A stretch of 64,000 nucleotides of DNA from Halanaerobiales bacterium (GCA_034521955.1 JAXHLT010000003.1:4735-68734); one strand, 5' to 3'. Positions 1 through 8,367 are shown, counted from the first letter of the stretch. Numbers and translations are program-made. The notes: generated by a model from the letters alone, not told the origin.

Positions 1-43
1 TAGTAAGATACATGTGATATATATCACTTAAAAAATAATAAAT

Positions 44-144
44 ACTCCGAGTCTTATAATCCTAAAGAAAATATTGCAATCAATGGAACTAAGACCGACA
101 GGGTATCTTTGGAAACATAGATGCCTCCCAAGGTGGAAAGGAGT
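44..144 (+). promoter_or_regulatory. Moco/Tuco (molybdenum/tungsten cofactor) riboswitch candidate, aptamer
   Basis: P1 ACUCC(44-48)/GGAGU(140-144). GAG junction. Stem GUCUUA(51-56)/UAAGAC(90-95). GACCG. Hairpin GGUAUCU(102-108)/AGAUGCC(119-125) followed by UCCC and GGAAAGGAG. The same layout with compensatory changes recurs at 19651-19752. It lies 5' of an AOR-family operon. Confidence 0.7.
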
Positions 145-190
145 AGCGGTAAGTTAGTCAAAAGAATCTTATTTGCGCTTTCCTTTCGAA

Positions 191-230
191 AAAAAGCACT
201 TTTTAAATAAATAATAAAGAGTGCTTTTTT
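191..230 (+). terminator. Intrinsic terminator/attenuator (expression platform of the leader)
   Basis: Stem AAGCACU(194-200)/AGUGCUU(220-226) followed by a U-run to 230. It sits between the aptamer and the RBS at 244-250. CUUUCC at 178-184 could compete with the GGAAAG of the aptamer. Confidence 0.65.
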
Positions 231-259
231 ATATGCAAACAATGAGGAGGTATGTATTT

Positions 260-934
260 ATGTCAAAAGAGAACCAAGAATCCAAGAACTTTATGCAGCG
301 TCCGACAACTCGTCGTGAATTTATCAAAAAGAGTGTAGAGGGTGCTGCCGGTGCAGCAGTATCATTTTCAATTTTAAATTTATTTACTGATTCTGCTCAA
401 GCACAGGGAATTAAAACAGCAGATGGTATTGTAATAGTTGACCCTGTTAAATGTACCGGTTGTAGAAGATGTGAGACAAATTGTACAGCATTTAACGATG
501 GAAAAGCTCACCCTTATATTTCACGAGTTAAGGTTGGACCAAACTACAACTTTGGTAAAAACGGACCATCATATAATTACAGATATGGTGATGGTAACTT
601 AGGAGACTTTACCATTGTTGGAGAAACTTGTAGGCAGTGTGAATCTGCAAGGTGTATCAGTGCTTGTCCTATGGATGCAATTTCAGTTGATGAAAAGACA
701 GGTGCAAGGGTAATTGATAAGAAAAAATGTGTAGGTTGTGGAAGATGTGCAGTTGCATGTCCATATGATATTCCTACTATTGACCCTGAAACTAAAAAAT
801 CAACAAAATGTACACTTTGTGAAGGAGAACCAACATGTGCTGCAGGTTGTCCGACTGGAGCTATTGAATTTGTTCCTTGGGAAGATGTAGAAATGGCATT
901 AATTGAAAGAGAAAACTTAATAGAAAATAACTAA
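260..934 (+). CDS. Tat-signal 4x[4Fe-4S] ferredoxin-like electron-transfer subunit (DmsB/NrfC/YdhX-like)
   Basis: RBS AGGAGG then ATG 260 (the track ORF starts further upstream at 221). N-terminus TTRREFIKK plus a hydrophobic stretch plus AQA gives a twin-arginine signal. Four Cys clusters: CTGCRRCETNC, CRQCESARCISACP, CVGCGRCAVACP, CTLCEGEPTCAAGCP. Confidence 0.85.
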   Translation: MSKENQESKNFMQRPTTRREFIKKSVEGAAGAAVSFSILNLFTDSAQAQGIKTADGIVIVDPVKCTGCRRCETNCTAFNDGKAHPYISRVKVGPNYNFGKNGPSYNYRYGDGNLGDFTIVGETCRQCESARCISACPMDAISVDEKTGARVIDKKKCVGCGRCAVACPYDIPTIDPETKKSTKCTLCEGEPTCAAGCPTGAIEFVPWEDVEMALIERENLIENN

Positions 935-951
935 AATAGGAGGTAAGAAGT

Positions 952-3036
952 ATGCCAAAATATCAAGGTTGGGCTGGAAAGATTTTACGTGTAAATTTAT
1001 CTAACGGTTCCATTACTACTGAAAATACAGTTAAGTATAAAGATTATATAGGTGGAATGGGATTAGGATATAAAATAATGTGGGACGAAGTAGATGAAAA
1101 TACCAAACCATTTGATGAGGAAAACAAGATTGTGTTTGGTGCAGGACCATTAACAGGTACAGGAGCACCATGTACAGCAAGAACAAACATAACTTCATTA
1201 TTACCTGCTAATCCACAAAATTTAATTGGAGATTCACATATGGGAGGAAATTTTTCTCCAGAGATGAAGTATGCTGGTTATGATGCAATCATAATTGAAG
1301 GAAAAGCTTCAAGACCAGTATGGTTAAGAATAGAAGATGACAAAGTATCCCTTGAAAGTGCTTCCCGTTTATGGGGACAGGGTATCTTTGATACAACTGC
1401 TAATATAGCTTCTATGATGGGTAAGGAAGCCCAGGTTGCTGCAATAGGTCAGGCTGGTGAAAACCAGGTTCCACTTTCCACTATAATGACAAATGGAAAC
1501 CATTCAGCTGGTGGACATGCGGGTATTATGGGTTATAAAAATCTTAAAGCGATTGGTATAATTGGAACTCAATCTGTTAAATATGCAGCAGATAAAGAAG
1601 ATTGGATAGAATTAAATGAATCAGTAATGTCAATAATTGGTGCAAATAATCAGCATGTTGTACCAAGTACACCACAGCCATGGGCTGAATTCCATGATGC
1701 TTCAAGTCGCTGGACTGCTCAAGAAGGACTTTATTGGGGAGCAGCTGATCAAGAAATAGAAACTGGTATTTGTAAACCGGAAGATACAAATCGAATTGGT
1801 TACAGAACTATGAAAGCAATTAAAGACTTAGGTCCAATCTCTGAAGACTACACAGTTCGAATGGGTGGATGTCAATCTTGTCCAATCCGCTGTCATTCAA
1901 GTGTTAAAGTACCAGAATTAGAAAAGTATGGAGTATCTCCATATGTTTCAAATACATGTGTAGGATTTTGGAGTCATTGGTATGTAAATCAAAATGCTGA
2001 ATCAGAAAAAGATAATTTCTTAAATAAGACATTAGGTGCTCAATTAGCTGATGATTATGGTCTTTGGTTTAATTACGGTCAGTTAGGAAGAGACTTAAAA
2101 TATCTATATGATAATGGAATATTTGAAGAAGTACTTCCTGAAGATGAATATAATGATATTCCTTGGGATCTATATGAAGTTGGAGATCCAGCATTTTTAG
2201 TTGATTTCTATAGAAGATTAGCTTATCGTGAAGGTGAAATAAGTCATATCAGTGATGGCTCAGCAGCAATAGCAGAACGTTGGGATTTAGGTGATGATTA
2301 CTGGAATAGTAAAACAAATAAATTATGGTCACGTATGGGCTATCCTTTACATCATGCCAATGAATCAAATGCTCAGGTTGGTACTTTAATCAATACAATA
2401 TTTAACCGTGATCCAATGTGTCACTCACATCAGAACTTTATTGGAAGTGGTTTACCAACAAAACTGCAAAAAGAAATTGCTGCAGAAACTTGGGGTTCAG
2501 AAGATGCTATTGATGTTCCTGCTAATTATACTCCAATGAATCGTGCAAAAGCTAAATTTGCAAAATGGAGTTTAATTAGAAATGCACTTCATGACTCAAT
2601 GACAGTATGTAACTGGATGTTCCCAATGGTTACATCACCACTTAAGTCAAGAGATTATCGTGGAGATACAACCATTGAAGCTAAATACTTCTCATTAGCT
2701 ACAGGTATGGAGGTCAGTGAAGAAGAACTAGATAAAATTGGTAGAAAAATCATGACCTTACACCGTGCAATGACAGTAAAACAGATGGGAACAGTTGATA
2801 TGCGTAATGAACATGATAGAATTACAGATTGGGTATATGATATGGATCCTGATAAAAACGCATTTGAAGCTGGTACAATTAAGATGGATAGAGAAGATAT
2901 GGAAACAGCAAGAACAATGCTTTATGAAGAATTTGGCTGGGATCCTAAAACTGGTGCTCCAACAGCTGAAACGTTAGATGAACTTGGATTATCAGATGTT
3001 AAAGAAGAGCTAGCCAGTAAGAACTTGTTACCATAG
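952..3036 (+). CDS. Aldehyde:ferredoxin oxidoreductase (AOR) family Mo/W-pterin enzyme, long YdhV-like form
   Basis: 694 aa. AOR-type N-terminus (GWAGKILRVNLSNG, GAGPLTG) and [4Fe-4S] motif CQSCPIRC. It is about 90 aa longer than classical 605-aa AORs. It has no signal peptide of its own. RBS AGGAGG lies 8 nt upstream, and the gap to the Tat-signal FeS gene is 17 nt. Confidence 0.85.
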   Translation: MPKYQGWAGKILRVNLSNGSITTENTVKYKDYIGGMGLGYKIMWDEVDENTKPFDEENKIVFGAGPLTGTGAPCTARTNITSLLPANPQNLIGDSHMGGNFSPEMKYAGYDAIIIEGKASRPVWLRIEDDKVSLESASRLWGQGIFDTTANIASMMGKEAQVAAIGQAGENQVPLSTIMTNGNHSAGGHAGIMGYKNLKAIGIIGTQSVKYAADKEDWIELNESVMSIIGANNQHVVPSTPQPWAEFHDASSRWTAQEGLYWGAADQEIETGICKPEDTNRIGYRTMKAIKDLGPISEDYTVRMGGCQSCPIRCHSSVKVPELEKYGVSPYVSNTCVGFWSHWYVNQNAESEKDNFLNKTLGAQLADDYGLWFNYGQLGRDLKYLYDNGIFEEVLPEDEYNDIPWDLYEVGDPAFLVDFYRRLAYREGEISHISDGSAAIAERWDLGDDYWNSKTNKLWSRMGYPLHHANESNAQVGTLINTIFNRDPMCHSHQNFIGSGLPTKLQKEIAAETWGSEDAIDVPANYTPMNRAKAKFAKWSLIRNALHDSMTVCNWMFPMVTSPLKSRDYRGDTTIEAKYFSLATGMEVSEEELDKIGRKIMTLHRAMTVKQMGTVDMRNEHDRITDWVYDMDPDKNAFEAGTIKMDREDMETARTMLYEEFGWDPKTGAPTAETLDELGLSDVKEELASKNLLP

Positions 3037-3138
3037 TTAAAATATATCTCAAGATTTAATTTAAATTAAGTAAAATAGGGAACTGCTTATAATATTTTAT
3101 AGGTAGTTCCCGATATAAAAATTAAGGAAGTGTGAACT

Positions 3139-3672
3139 ATGGGTAATAATAATATAGAAAAAAATATTTTAGATATTATTACAAAATTGGTTAGAGATAG
3201 ATCTGCTCAAGCTCAAATTACTACTTTAGATGAAATAAAAGAAAAAGTTTCTAATTTAACAGATGAAGAATTTGAAGATAAAATTGAGATACTCAAAACT
3301 GATGATAAGTATAAAGATATAAGGGTTTTGAGTGGTAAGAAGGGCAGATATTTATTTTCAGATAATGATATGACATTAAAATATGCAAAACTTATGGCTC
3401 AAATTGAAGAAAATGATGTAAAAGGTTTAATAGCAAAAACTGTAAGAGAAGATTCAAAAATATATCCAAGACCTACAGATACTACAGTATTTAATAAAAG
3501 CCCTTTCTATTTAGAAGATGATGTACTAATAGATGTTATTGAACAGATGAAAGATGAAGAGGAATATAAAGATATACAAGAAGTTGAGGCTTCAAATGGT
3601 GCTTTATACCTTTTTTCCAATAAACATATGGAAAAGATCATGCTATTGGACTTACAGAATGGGTTGAAGTAA
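3139..3672 (+). CDS. Hypothetical acidic protein (accessory to the AOR module, function unknown)
   Basis: 177-aa ORF with RBS AAGGAAG and no motif I recognise. It occupies the position that ydhW has in E. coli ydhYVWXUT, but homology is not established. The 3' end is uncertain: after the A4 run at 3632-3635 the +1 frame reads KDHAIGLTEWVEVIRKETP up to TAG 3690-3692. Confidence 0.5.
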   Translation: MGNNNIEKNILDIITKLVRDRSAQAQITTLDEIKEKVSNLTDEEFEDKIEILKTDDKYKDIRVLSGKKGRYLFSDNDMTLKYAKLMAQIEENDVKGLIAKTVREDSKIYPRPTDTTVFNKSPFYLEDDVLIDVIEQMKDEEEYKDIQEVEASNGALYLFSNKHMEKIMLLDLQNGLK

Positions 3673-3703
3673 TCAGGAAAGAAACACCGTAGGAGGATCA
3701 TTA

Positions 3704-4409
3704 ATGAGAAAACTTAAACCAAATCATATAAAAGGAAAAACAAATGTATGTGAAGAGACACCAATTGATTTAACAGTAAATGGAAAAGATATTGTTACTT
3801 TTATGTGTACACCTCAAAATTTAAAAGAATTGGCAGTAGGATATCTTTATATACAGGGAATTATTAATGAAGTAGATGAAATAAACTATTTAGCAGCTTG
3901 TGAAGATATGGATACAATAAATGTGGGTGTTAATGGTAAATTAGATGAGTCTTACGGTAAATTAAAAAGATGTATTAGCAAGTAGTTGTGGAAAAGCACT
4001 TGATGATGATAAATTAAGAGATTTAGGTAAGGTGGATTCTAAGATAAAAATTCCTCTTAGTAAGATTAAAAAAATAGCAAAAAAAATGTTTTCAAATACA
4101 GTTTTATATAAAAAAACTGGTGGAGTACATTGTGCAGCTATATCAGACTACAGTGATTTAATTCATCTAAAAGAAGATGTAGGTAGACATAATGCTGTTG
4201 ATAAAGTAGTAGGACAGTCTATTTTAAGTGACTTAGACTTTTCAAACAGTATCATATTTACCTCAGGACGTATTTCATCAGATATGGTATTAAAAGTGGC
4301 TACTTCTAAGTTTCCAATTGTAGTATCTAGAAGTATTCCTAGCAGTCTTGCTTTAGAGATTGCTGAAAAAGCAAATATAACTGTTATTGGAAGAATCATG
4401 CGCCTGTGA
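3704..4409 (+). pseudogene. fdhD: FdhD-family sulfurtransferase, split by a 1-nt frameshift (possible sequencing error)
   Basis: Track ORFs 3704-3985 and 4032-4409 form one protein. The frame changes in the A5 run 3964-3968, after which the sequence reads KDVLASSCGKAL. C-terminal motifs GGVHCAA and GRHNAVDK are typical of FdhD. Confidence 0.75.
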
Positions 4410-4475
4410 ACCTATTATTTACACAAAACCAGAGAAGAATAATTTGTGACTAAAAAATTATAAAGGAGGATGCAT

Positions 4476-4670
4476 ATGATGTTTGGTAAATTAGGTCCAA
4501 TGGAACTTGTATTAATCTTAGCAATTGCATTAGTAATTTTTGGACCTTCAAAACTTCCTGACATAGGAAAAGCATTTGGTAAAGCAATTAGACAGTTTAA
4601 AGATCATGCAAATGATATTAAAGATAGTGCAGATATAAATGAAGAAAAAAGTAAAAAAGAAGCAGAATAA
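4476..4670 (+). CDS. tatA: Twin-arginine translocase subunit TatA/E
   Basis: MMFGKLGPMELVLILAIALVIFGPSKLPDIGKAFGKAIRQFK is a canonical TatA TM segment plus amphipathic helix. RBS AAAGGAGGA at 4462-4470. The start could be 4476 or 4479. Confidence 0.9.
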   Translation: MMFGKLGPMELVLILAIALVIFGPSKLPDIGKAFGKAIRQFKDHANDIKDSADINEEKSKKEAE

Positions 4671-4692
4671 CTTAGTATAGGGGATGAATTAG

Positions 4693-5403
4693 TTGAGTGA
4701 TATTGAATTACCTTTAATAGAACATATAGCTGAATTAAGAAAACGGTTGCTAACTATAGTTGGTATAGTTATAGCTGGTACTATAGGTAGTTATTTATAT
4801 ATTGAAAAACTTATAGAACTACTATTAGCTCCAGTTAGAGAACTAGATTTCATTTATTTAACTCCTCCAGAGTTATTTTTATCATATTTAAAGATAGCCC
4901 TGGTAGTCGGTGTTATTACAACATCCCCTATAATTTTCTGGAATTTTTGGGTGTTTATAGTTCCGGGACTAAAGAAAAAAGAAAAGAGATACTTGGGATT
5001 ATCGATATTCATGGGTTATTTTCTGTTTTTATTAGGAGGATATTTTGCATATAGAATAATTATACCAATTACTATTGACTTTTTTGTTAAGTTACAAACT
5101 CCAGTAATACAACCACAGTTTTCATTTGGAAGCTATACTGGTTTTATTAGTTCTATTTTGTTGTCCTTTGGTATAGTTTTTGAATTACCGATTTTAATAG
5201 CGCTCTTGACTAAGTTTAATCTTATCAGAGCTGCTACTTTAAGAAAATATCGTAAATACCTAATTGTTGTAATATTTATAGTAGCATCATTATTATCTCC
5301 ACCAGATGTAATATCACAACTTTTACTTGCAGCACCACTTTTAGTTTTATTTGAAATAAGTGTGTTGATATCAAGTAGAATTGGTAAAAACAAAGATTAT
5401 TAA
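4693..5403 (+). CDS. tatC: Twin-arginine translocase subunit TatC
   Basis: 236 aa with 6 predicted TM segments. N-terminal LPLIEHIAELRKRL is a typical TatC start. TTG start with RBS AGGGGA. Confidence 0.85.
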   Translation: MSDIELPLIEHIAELRKRLLTIVGIVIAGTIGSYLYIEKLIELLLAPVRELDFIYLTPPELFLSYLKIALVVGVITTSPIIFWNFWVFIVPGLKKKEKRYLGLSIFMGYFLFLLGGYFAYRIIIPITIDFFVKLQTPVIQPQFSFGSYTGFISSILLSFGIVFELPILIALLTKFNLIRAATLRKYRKYLIVVIFIVASLLSPPDVISQLLLAAPLLVLFEISVLISSRIGKNKDY

Positions 5404-5434
5404 AGATGGTTAACAAATATATGAAGAAATATTA

Positions 5435-5472
5435 AAAAGGTCAGTATCATTGATTTGATACTGACCTTTTTT
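5435..5472. terminator. Bidirectional intrinsic terminator
   Basis: AAAAAGGUCAGUAUCA-loop-UGAUACUGACCUUUUUU. This is a perfect long stem flanked by an A-run and a U-run, between convergent tatC (+) and the 5501-6007 gene (-). Confidence 0.85.
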
Positions 5473-5500
5473 GTTAAAGCATGAAAAATGAAAATCACTT

Positions 5501-6007
5501 TTAATTTAGAAAATACAGTTTTTTGTTTAATATTTTTATAGTAAAGTTTAATACTATCCCTACAAATAATCCTTCAATACAGAATAATATTAATAATCTA
5601 AAATTATTGTAATTTACAATCGTTAAAAGGACATTTAATATATTTGTTCCAAGAAATAGATCTGTTAAATATATGGATAAATAAAAACCTAAAGCAAGTC
5701 CTAAAGATAGAATGATGATCTTAATATATTTGTTAAGATTAATCTTGGAATATAATACTAATATTAAAGATATAATAATATATAAAACTATAAAAACAAG
5801 TTGTTGTATAAAAAACAACATAATAATAATTAAAAGAGTGATCACAATAGAAATACTTTCTAAAAGATTAAACATCTTAAAGTAAATGTAAAGAGTAAGT
5901 GGTACAACAATACTATTAAAAATATTTATACTTCCTCTGAAAAGATTAAAGGAGATAATTATTATTACTAGTGAAACTGCTCCATAAGTTATACTTTTTA
6001 ATTTCAT
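5501..6007 (-). CDS. Hypothetical polytopic membrane protein
   Basis: 168 aa, about 5 hydrophobic segments, RBS AAGGGGA upstream of the ATG. No family recognised. Confidence 0.55.
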   Translation of the reverse strand: MKLKSITYGAVSLVIIIISFNLFRGSINIFNSIVVPLTLYIYFKMFNLLESISIVITLLIIIMLFFIQQLVFIVLYIIISLILVLYSKINLNKYIKIIILSLGLALGFYLSIYLTDLFLGTNILNVLLTIVNYNNFRLLILFCIEGLFVGIVLNFTIKILNKKLYFLN

Positions 6008-6196
6008 AAGTATTCCCCTTGTTTGTTATTTTTGTAAAATATGTGTTCTATTATATCATTATTATTAAGCTTTTAAAATACAAAATGCAAAAAAATTAGA
6101 TGACTTAAAGGGATATAACCATTATTATAGAAATAATATTAAAGAGTAATTAATATTAATACTACAATGCAATATTATTCGGGAGGAAAACAAAAT

Positions 6197-8344
6197 ATGA
6201 GCGATGAATTAACTTTTGCACTTGATATTGGTACAAGGACAATAATTGGCTTGCTATTAGAAAAAACAGATAATAAATATAAGATAGTAAGTTCAGCAGT
6301 CAGTGAACATAAAACCCGTGCTATGTTAGATGGACAGATACATAATGTCGAAGAGGTAGCTAATGAAGTAAGGAAAGTAAAAAACAAATTAGAAGAAAAT
6401 ATAGGACATTCATTAAAAAAAGTAGCTATTGCTGCAGCCGGAAGAGCATTAAAAACGATTACCCAAAATTACAGAATATATCTTGATAAAAACAGATATA
6501 TAAATAGAGATGATGTACGCAAACTTGAATTAATGGCAATAAAAGAAGCACAAAATAATTTGACTTCTAATCAAAGCAAAGAAAATCAAAATTTGGACTA
6601 CCATTTTGTTGGATATAGTCCAATAAGTTATCTTTTAGATGAAATAGAGATTGGTAGTTTAGTTGGCCAACGCGGTAAAAAGATTGAAGTTAAACTTGTA
6701 GCAACTTTTTTACCAAGGATAGTTATAGATTCACTTTTATCTGTAATCAACAGAGTTGGTCTTGAGGTAGAACATCTAACTTTAGAGCCAATCGCTGCTT
6801 CACATGTTGTAATCCCAGAATCAATGAATGGATTTAATTTGGCTTTAGTTGATATAGGTGCAGGGACTTCTGATATTGCTGTAACTGATAATGGTTCAAT
6901 TATTGGTTATGATATGGTACCTATTGCAGGTGATGAAATTACAGAGAAAATATCTGAGAACTTCTTAATAGATTATAATACAGCTGAACAGGTTAAATGT
7001 AATCTAAAAGAAAATGATAGTATTAAAGTTAAAACTATATTAGGTGATGAAGTTGAAATCGACTTTAATGATGTATTAGAGGCTATTAAACCACAGCTTG
7101 ATGAATTGGCTGGTTCAATTGCAAAAGGCATATTAAAGATTAATTCTAGCCCACCTCAGGCAGTTATATTTATTGGTGGGGGGAGTTTAACCTATGGATT
7201 AAAAGAGATGTTTGCTGATAAGATAGATATGATTGTTAATAGAATTGGTATTAGAAAAAAAGATGATTTAGATAATATCATTGGTGAGATAAACACAATT
7301 AATTCTACTCAGAGTTTAACACCAATCGGTATTGCAGTAACAACAAAGGAAACTCAAAGTAAAGCAGTTTTTGTAGAGGTTGAAGTTAAAAAACAAACTG
7401 TAAATTTGTTAACAATTTCAAATCCTAGTATTGCAGATGCATTATTAGCTGCAGATATAGAGGTTGAAAAATTAAATCCATCTGTTGGCAAGGGGTTAAC
7501 CTGTACTGTAAATGGAGAGTTAAAAACCGTAAAAGGAGAGTTTGGAACTAAAGGTACTGTATTTTTAAACGGAAGAGAAGTTAATTTAGATACAAAAGTT
7601 AGTAATGGAGACAGTATTGACTTTAATTTTGGTAATCCTGGTAAAGATGCTGACGCTAAGATAAGAGAAGTAGTTCCCAAAAAAGATCTTGTTGAATATA
7701 AAGTTTATCTAAATGGAAGTGAAAACAAAGTTACAACTCAACTGTTTCAAAATGAGAAATTGGTTAATAAGGATACAGAGATAAAAGATGGTGCTGATAT
7801 AAAGTATAAAGTACCTAAAACTATTAAAGATGGGATTTCACAACTGATGGAAGTACCTAAATCAATGTTGGAAAATAATGAGATCAGCTTTTATTTTAAT
7901 GGTGAAAAAAAAGTTATAAGTTCTTCTAAGTATTTAATAAAAAGTGATGAAAAAATTGTTAACCTTGACCGCAGATTAAAAGACAATCTGGATTTGTCAG
8001 TGATAGAAAAAGGAAATAAGGGATATACTGTAAAAGATTTTTTTAAAAAACAAGATATGAAAAAAATCAAGATAACTTTTAATGGAAGTGAACTTGAACT
8101 TCCAAATAAAATATGGGATGTTACTGTTAACGATAAAAAAGCTAACTTAGATTATGAAATTAATAAAAATGATGATATACAAGTTAAATCAAAGAGCTTA
8201 AATGTAAATAAAGTATTTGAGTATATTAATTATCATATATCGGAAAAGATGAAGGATAACTTAAATATATATATTAATAATGAACCTGTAGAACTAAATT
8301 CAAAGATTGAAAATGGTGATAAAATTCAAGTCAAATTAGATTAA
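6197..8344 (+). CDS. Actin-like ATPase (FtsA/EutJ/PilM-like) with long C-terminal repeat region
   Basis: RBS GGGAGGA then ATG 6197. N-terminal phosphate motifs LDIGTRTIIG and VDIGAGTSDIAV belong to the ASKHA/actin fold. The C-terminal ~330 aa contains repeated NG...(N/D)GDxI modules. Confidence 0.7.
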   Translation: MSDELTFALDIGTRTIIGLLLEKTDNKYKIVSSAVSEHKTRAMLDGQIHNVEEVANEVRKVKNKLEENIGHSLKKVAIAAAGRALKTITQNYRIYLDKNRYINRDDVRKLELMAIKEAQNNLTSNQSKENQNLDYHFVGYSPISYLLDEIEIGSLVGQRGKKIEVKLVATFLPRIVIDSLLSVINRVGLEVEHLTLEPIAASHVVIPESMNGFNLALVDIGAGTSDIAVTDNGSIIGYDMVPIAGDEITEKISENFLIDYNTAEQVKCNLKENDSIKVKTILGDEVEIDFNDVLEAIKPQLDELAGSIAKGILKINSSPPQAVIFIGGGSLTYGLKEMFADKIDMIVNRIGIRKKDDLDNIIGEINTINSTQSLTPIGIAVTTKETQSKAVFVEVEVKKQTVNLLTISNPSIADALLAADIEVEKLNPSVGKGLTCTVNGELKTVKGEFGTKGTVFLNGREVNLDTKVSNGDSIDFNFGNPGKDADAKIREVVPKKDLVEYKVYLNGSENKVTTQLFQNEKLVNKDTEIKDGADIKYKVPKTIKDGISQLMEVPKSMLENNEISFYFNGEKKVISSSKYLIKSDEKIVNLDRRLKDNLDLSVIEKGNKGYTVKDFFKKQDMKKIKITFNGSELELPNKIWDVTVNDKKANLDYEINKNDDIQVKSKSLNVNKVFEYINYHISEKMKDNLNIYINNEPVELNSKIENGDKIQVKLD

Positions 8345-8367
8345 CAAATTATAATTTAGTCCATTTT

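Noticed and set aside
54-242. 62-aa minus-strand track ORF at the left edge.
   Set aside because: It lies entirely within the riboswitch aptamer and terminator, has no RBS and has low-complexity composition. It is better explained as non-coding leader.
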